This document shows positions 61,636 to 64,000 of a stretch of 64,000 nucleotides of DNA, piece by piece. Both the position numbers and the translations under genes were made by a program. This DNA comes from Patescibacteria group bacterium (GTDB taxonomy: Bacteria; Patescibacteriota; Microgenomatia; UBA1400; PJMF01). The stretch is from assembly GCA_016861085.1 (NCBI GenBank), contig BOKR01000001.1, positions 991,298-1,055,297 of the forward strand, read 5' to 3'. The notes beneath the pieces were generated by a model. That model was not told the origin of the DNA, did not search any database, and was given only the letters and a program-made list of their open reading frames with translations. Every line of letters starts with the position of its first letter. Position 1 is the stretch's first letter.

Positions 61636-62628
61636 CTATGGCTCTAATTTGAATAGTTTAGAAAATTCTTCCCAACTCATTCCCCCAGAGCGAACCATAT
61701 AGGGACGTATATCAGGAAATACTTTTGTTTGTAAAACATTATTTAATAGTAGTATTCGTGTTACTTCATGCATATTTTGTTCTAAAGCAGTTAGCGCATG
61801 AGCATCTGTTTTAAAACTATTTATGACTGTCTCAACGTCAAACTGATTATCTCCTGGTTGCAACCGACTTTCTGGCCTTTGATGCGGATAATCACTTTCA
61901 TGGGCAGTTTTGTGCCTAATATTTTGTCGAACAGTCCAAATAATTTTCATATATTGGTCAATCTTTTCTTCGTCACCAATAATCTCCAACAATCTTCCTT
62001 TAGTCCATTCTTGTGCACTAAGTGGATTATGCAGAATCCCAGTTCTATTACACTTTGAACAATCATGAATTCCTTCGCAAAACGGTTGGCGACCCACTAT
62101 TGCCTCGACTATTGAAAAATCAATGACCATTCTCCAGTACGAATAATCAGCCATCTCAGAATGTGACCACTGTTGCCCAGGTTTTAAATCTAGGAGTAGG
62201 TTTTTCACCATGCCGCTCTGTTGTTCGCTTAGCAATATGAATCTGCTGTACAACTGCTCATAACTCATTTTCTCTCTGATGCCTTCAGTTCGATATACGG
62301 TATTTAAAATGTCACTATAATCTCTTTCAGAACCGAATGGTTTTCCCATATACTCTACAATGCCATCAATAGTGCCCATATAGGATGGTAGTGTCCAAGG
62401 GTCGCCAATAATAAAAGCGTGAAAAAGTACCCACAAAGATAACTGGCCTTGAGGTAAATTTTCATACTCCAGGCTTACAGTTGGCCAAAGAGACTGGCCG
62501 CTTGAATTGGTTGTTTTTGTATTTATTATTGCGCCATTGCCCGCTGATACCTTAATGTTACCAACGGTTACGACTTTCTTAGGGGGATGCCATGTTATAA
62601 AAGAATTAGCTCCAAGTATATTTTCCAT
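61636..62628 (-). CDS. Hypothetical protein
   Basis: 330 aa ORF convergent with the surface-protein gene; no motif recognised. Confidence 0.4.
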   Translation of the reverse strand: MENILGANSFITWHPPKKVVTVGNIKVSAGNGAIINTKTTNSSGQSLWPTVSLEYENLPQGQLSLWVLFHAFIIGDPWTLPSYMGTIDGIVEYMGKPFGSERDYSDILNTVYRTEGIREKMSYEQLYSRFILLSEQQSGMVKNLLLDLKPGQQWSHSEMADYSYWRMVIDFSIVEAIVGRQPFCEGIHDCSKCNRTGILHNPLSAQEWTKGRLLEIIGDEEKIDQYMKIIWTVRQNIRHKTAHESDYPHQRPESRLQPGDNQFDVETVINSFKTDAHALTALEQNMHEVTRILLLNNVLQTKVFPDIRPYMVRSGGMSWEEFSKLFKLEP

Positions 62629-62769
62629 GGAGTTATTTTAATTGATTTTAACGACACATTAAATAAGCTTTGCTTGTCATTCTAGATGCACCAGAATCCA
62701 ACTTTAACTTCGTGTAAACTATGGGTATAATGTCGAGAATTTACAACAAAACAGAGAGGCCCAAAACTT

Positions 62770-63915
62770 ATGAGTAAAGAAGTTAGAACAGAAATAGCAG
62801 TCATTGGTGGCGGTGCCGGTGGATTGATGACAACCAAGAAACTAGCCGAACTTGGCTACGATGTCGCTTTAATAGATAAAGCTCCAACTTTTGGCTCAGG
62901 TCCTTCTACCAGGAATGAAGGCTGGTTACACAGAGGAACAGTCCATTCAGGAGTCATTAAAGAACCAGATAGGGCTATGAAAATTGCTCGAAGAGTTATG
63001 TATGGCTATGAGCAAATCATGAGTTTTGCTCCAGAAGCAGTAGAAGACTTAACTTCAACAACATACGCCCTATTTAAGGATGGAGAGCTTGCTGATGCTA
63101 CAGAAGAACGCTGGAAAGCAGTTGATGTTTGGTTTCAAGCAATGCAATTACAAGCCTTTTTTAGAGAAAACCCAGAAATTAGTCCTGACATTGTAGCTCG
63201 TGCCTATAAAACCAAAGATAAAAGCCTTAACTTTAGACTTTTGTATCAAAAGTTGTTAGCTATATCAGAAAAGCTAGGTGTACAAACACTTCTAAATACA
63301 GAAGTTATTCCTGAAGAAGAAGGAAGAGCGATGCTTGTTGAAAGCGATGGCTCAAGAAGACCTTTATTCGCCGATATTTTTGTGTTCACCACAGGATTAG
63401 CTGCTAGAAAAATATTTGGCACTATGGGTTATGACATGGCCGTCAGGTTCTGGAAAAGTCACTCGGTAATGATACCAAGATTGAGCAAAAATGGTTTCTT
63501 TTTTGTTGACCCACTTGAAGCATCAATGATGCCGCACGGAAAATATTCCATTGCTTGCCAAAGTGAAGATGATTTCCAGATAGAAGAACCTACATTTGAA
63601 GTAGTTCCACATATGGCTCACCAAGTTTTCGAAGCATTAGTGAGAATGGTCCCAGAAGCAGAACAATACGAAGATAATTATCACGCCAATGCTTGTGTTA
63701 AACCAGATATCATCAAAGGGCCAAACTCCCCAAGGTCCGTTGATATTGAATTGCACGAGCCAATGCCTAACTATTTTGTTGCATTTCCAGGGAAAGTCAC
63801 CGAGTCGCCTTATATGGCAGACACTGTTGTGAAAACAATATTTGACCGAAAATCTGACAGTCGAATTTCACAACGCCCAGGTGATATCATATTTGGTGAT
63901 GAAACAGCAAAATAA
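62770..63915 (+). CDS. FAD-dependent oxidoreductase (DAO/glycerol-3-phosphate-dehydrogenase-like)
   Basis: N-terminal dinucleotide-binding motif IAVIGGGAGGLMTTKKLAELGYDVALIDK. Confidence 0.7.
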   Translation: MSKEVRTEIAVIGGGAGGLMTTKKLAELGYDVALIDKAPTFGSGPSTRNEGWLHRGTVHSGVIKEPDRAMKIARRVMYGYEQIMSFAPEAVEDLTSTTYALFKDGELADATEERWKAVDVWFQAMQLQAFFRENPEISPDIVARAYKTKDKSLNFRLLYQKLLAISEKLGVQTLLNTEVIPEEEGRAMLVESDGSRRPLFADIFVFTTGLAARKIFGTMGYDMAVRFWKSHSVMIPRLSKNGFFFVDPLEASMMPHGKYSIACQSEDDFQIEEPTFEVVPHMAHQVFEALVRMVPEAEQYEDNYHANACVKPDIIKGPNSPRSVDIELHEPMPNYFVAFPGKVTESPYMADTVVKTIFDRKSDSRISQRPGDIIFGDETAK

Positions 63916-64000
63916 TCAATCTAGCATCTCTCTGGGATGTGGGCTTATACGACTCGGCAGAGTTTGGGGAGTTGATAATAAACCTGTTCCCTCTGAGTCT

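Overview
This is a 64 kb low-GC (~33-35%) bacterial window. I infer a Patescibacteria/CPR-like organism from three things: a 23S-5S rRNA operon with no linked 16S, a short four-domain S1, and sortase-type surface proteins with a very large glycosylation locus. I recognised no transposase, integrase or CRISPR array. The standard genetic code yields full-length conserved proteins (LepA, PGK, SmpB, S1).

Layout:
- 1-3.9 kb: a giant ORF (>1280 aa) cut by the window edge.
- 3.9-19.9 kb: housekeeping and envelope genes (smpB, membrane beta-propeller protein, PH-domain membrane protein, C39-like peptidase domain, Ddl-like ATP-grasp, P-loop kinase, kinase-like/GT4 fusion, lepA, rpsT, murJ, pilN/pilO-like, FN3 surface protein).
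- 20-38.4 kb: a ~25 kb cell-envelope glycan locus (two SDR epimerases, GT2-YdjC fusion, initiating phosphoglycosyl transferase, GT4 x2, GT26, GT2, two Wzy/O-antigen-ligase-like membrane proteins, three tandem PMT/ArnT-like GT-C membrane glycosyltransferases, Wzm/Wzt ABC exporter).
- 38.3-44.9 kb: the most unusual segment. It holds a PqqD-like RiPP recognition element, an HPr-kinase-like kinase, a nucleotidyltransferase fused to an S26-type peptidase domain, two paralogous GT2 genes, a 24-codon ORF wedged between the PqqD and GT2 genes, and two methyltransferases. This looks like an uncharacterised peptide-modification (RiPP-like) system rather than a lasso-peptide cluster; no B2 protease or C cyclase is present.
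- 44.9-48.7 kb: 5S, 23S and tRNA-Ala(UGC) on the minus strand, no 16S.
- 48.9-58.4 kb: hypotheticals, a PNPOx-like protein, a lipoprotein, a secreted coiled-coil protein, a same-strand block of three Cys/His-motif proteins with beta-carbonic-anhydrase-like signatures (one distinctly GC-rich) plus a fourth unknown, rpsA, pgk.
- 58.5-61.3 kb: a 939-aa Cys-rich, repeat-laden, LPQTG-anchored surface protein.
- 61.3-61.6 kb: a GC-richer non-coding convergent spacer.
- 61.6-64 kb: a hypothetical protein and an FAD-dependent oxidoreductase.

Coordinates for rRNA ends and alternative starts are approximate.
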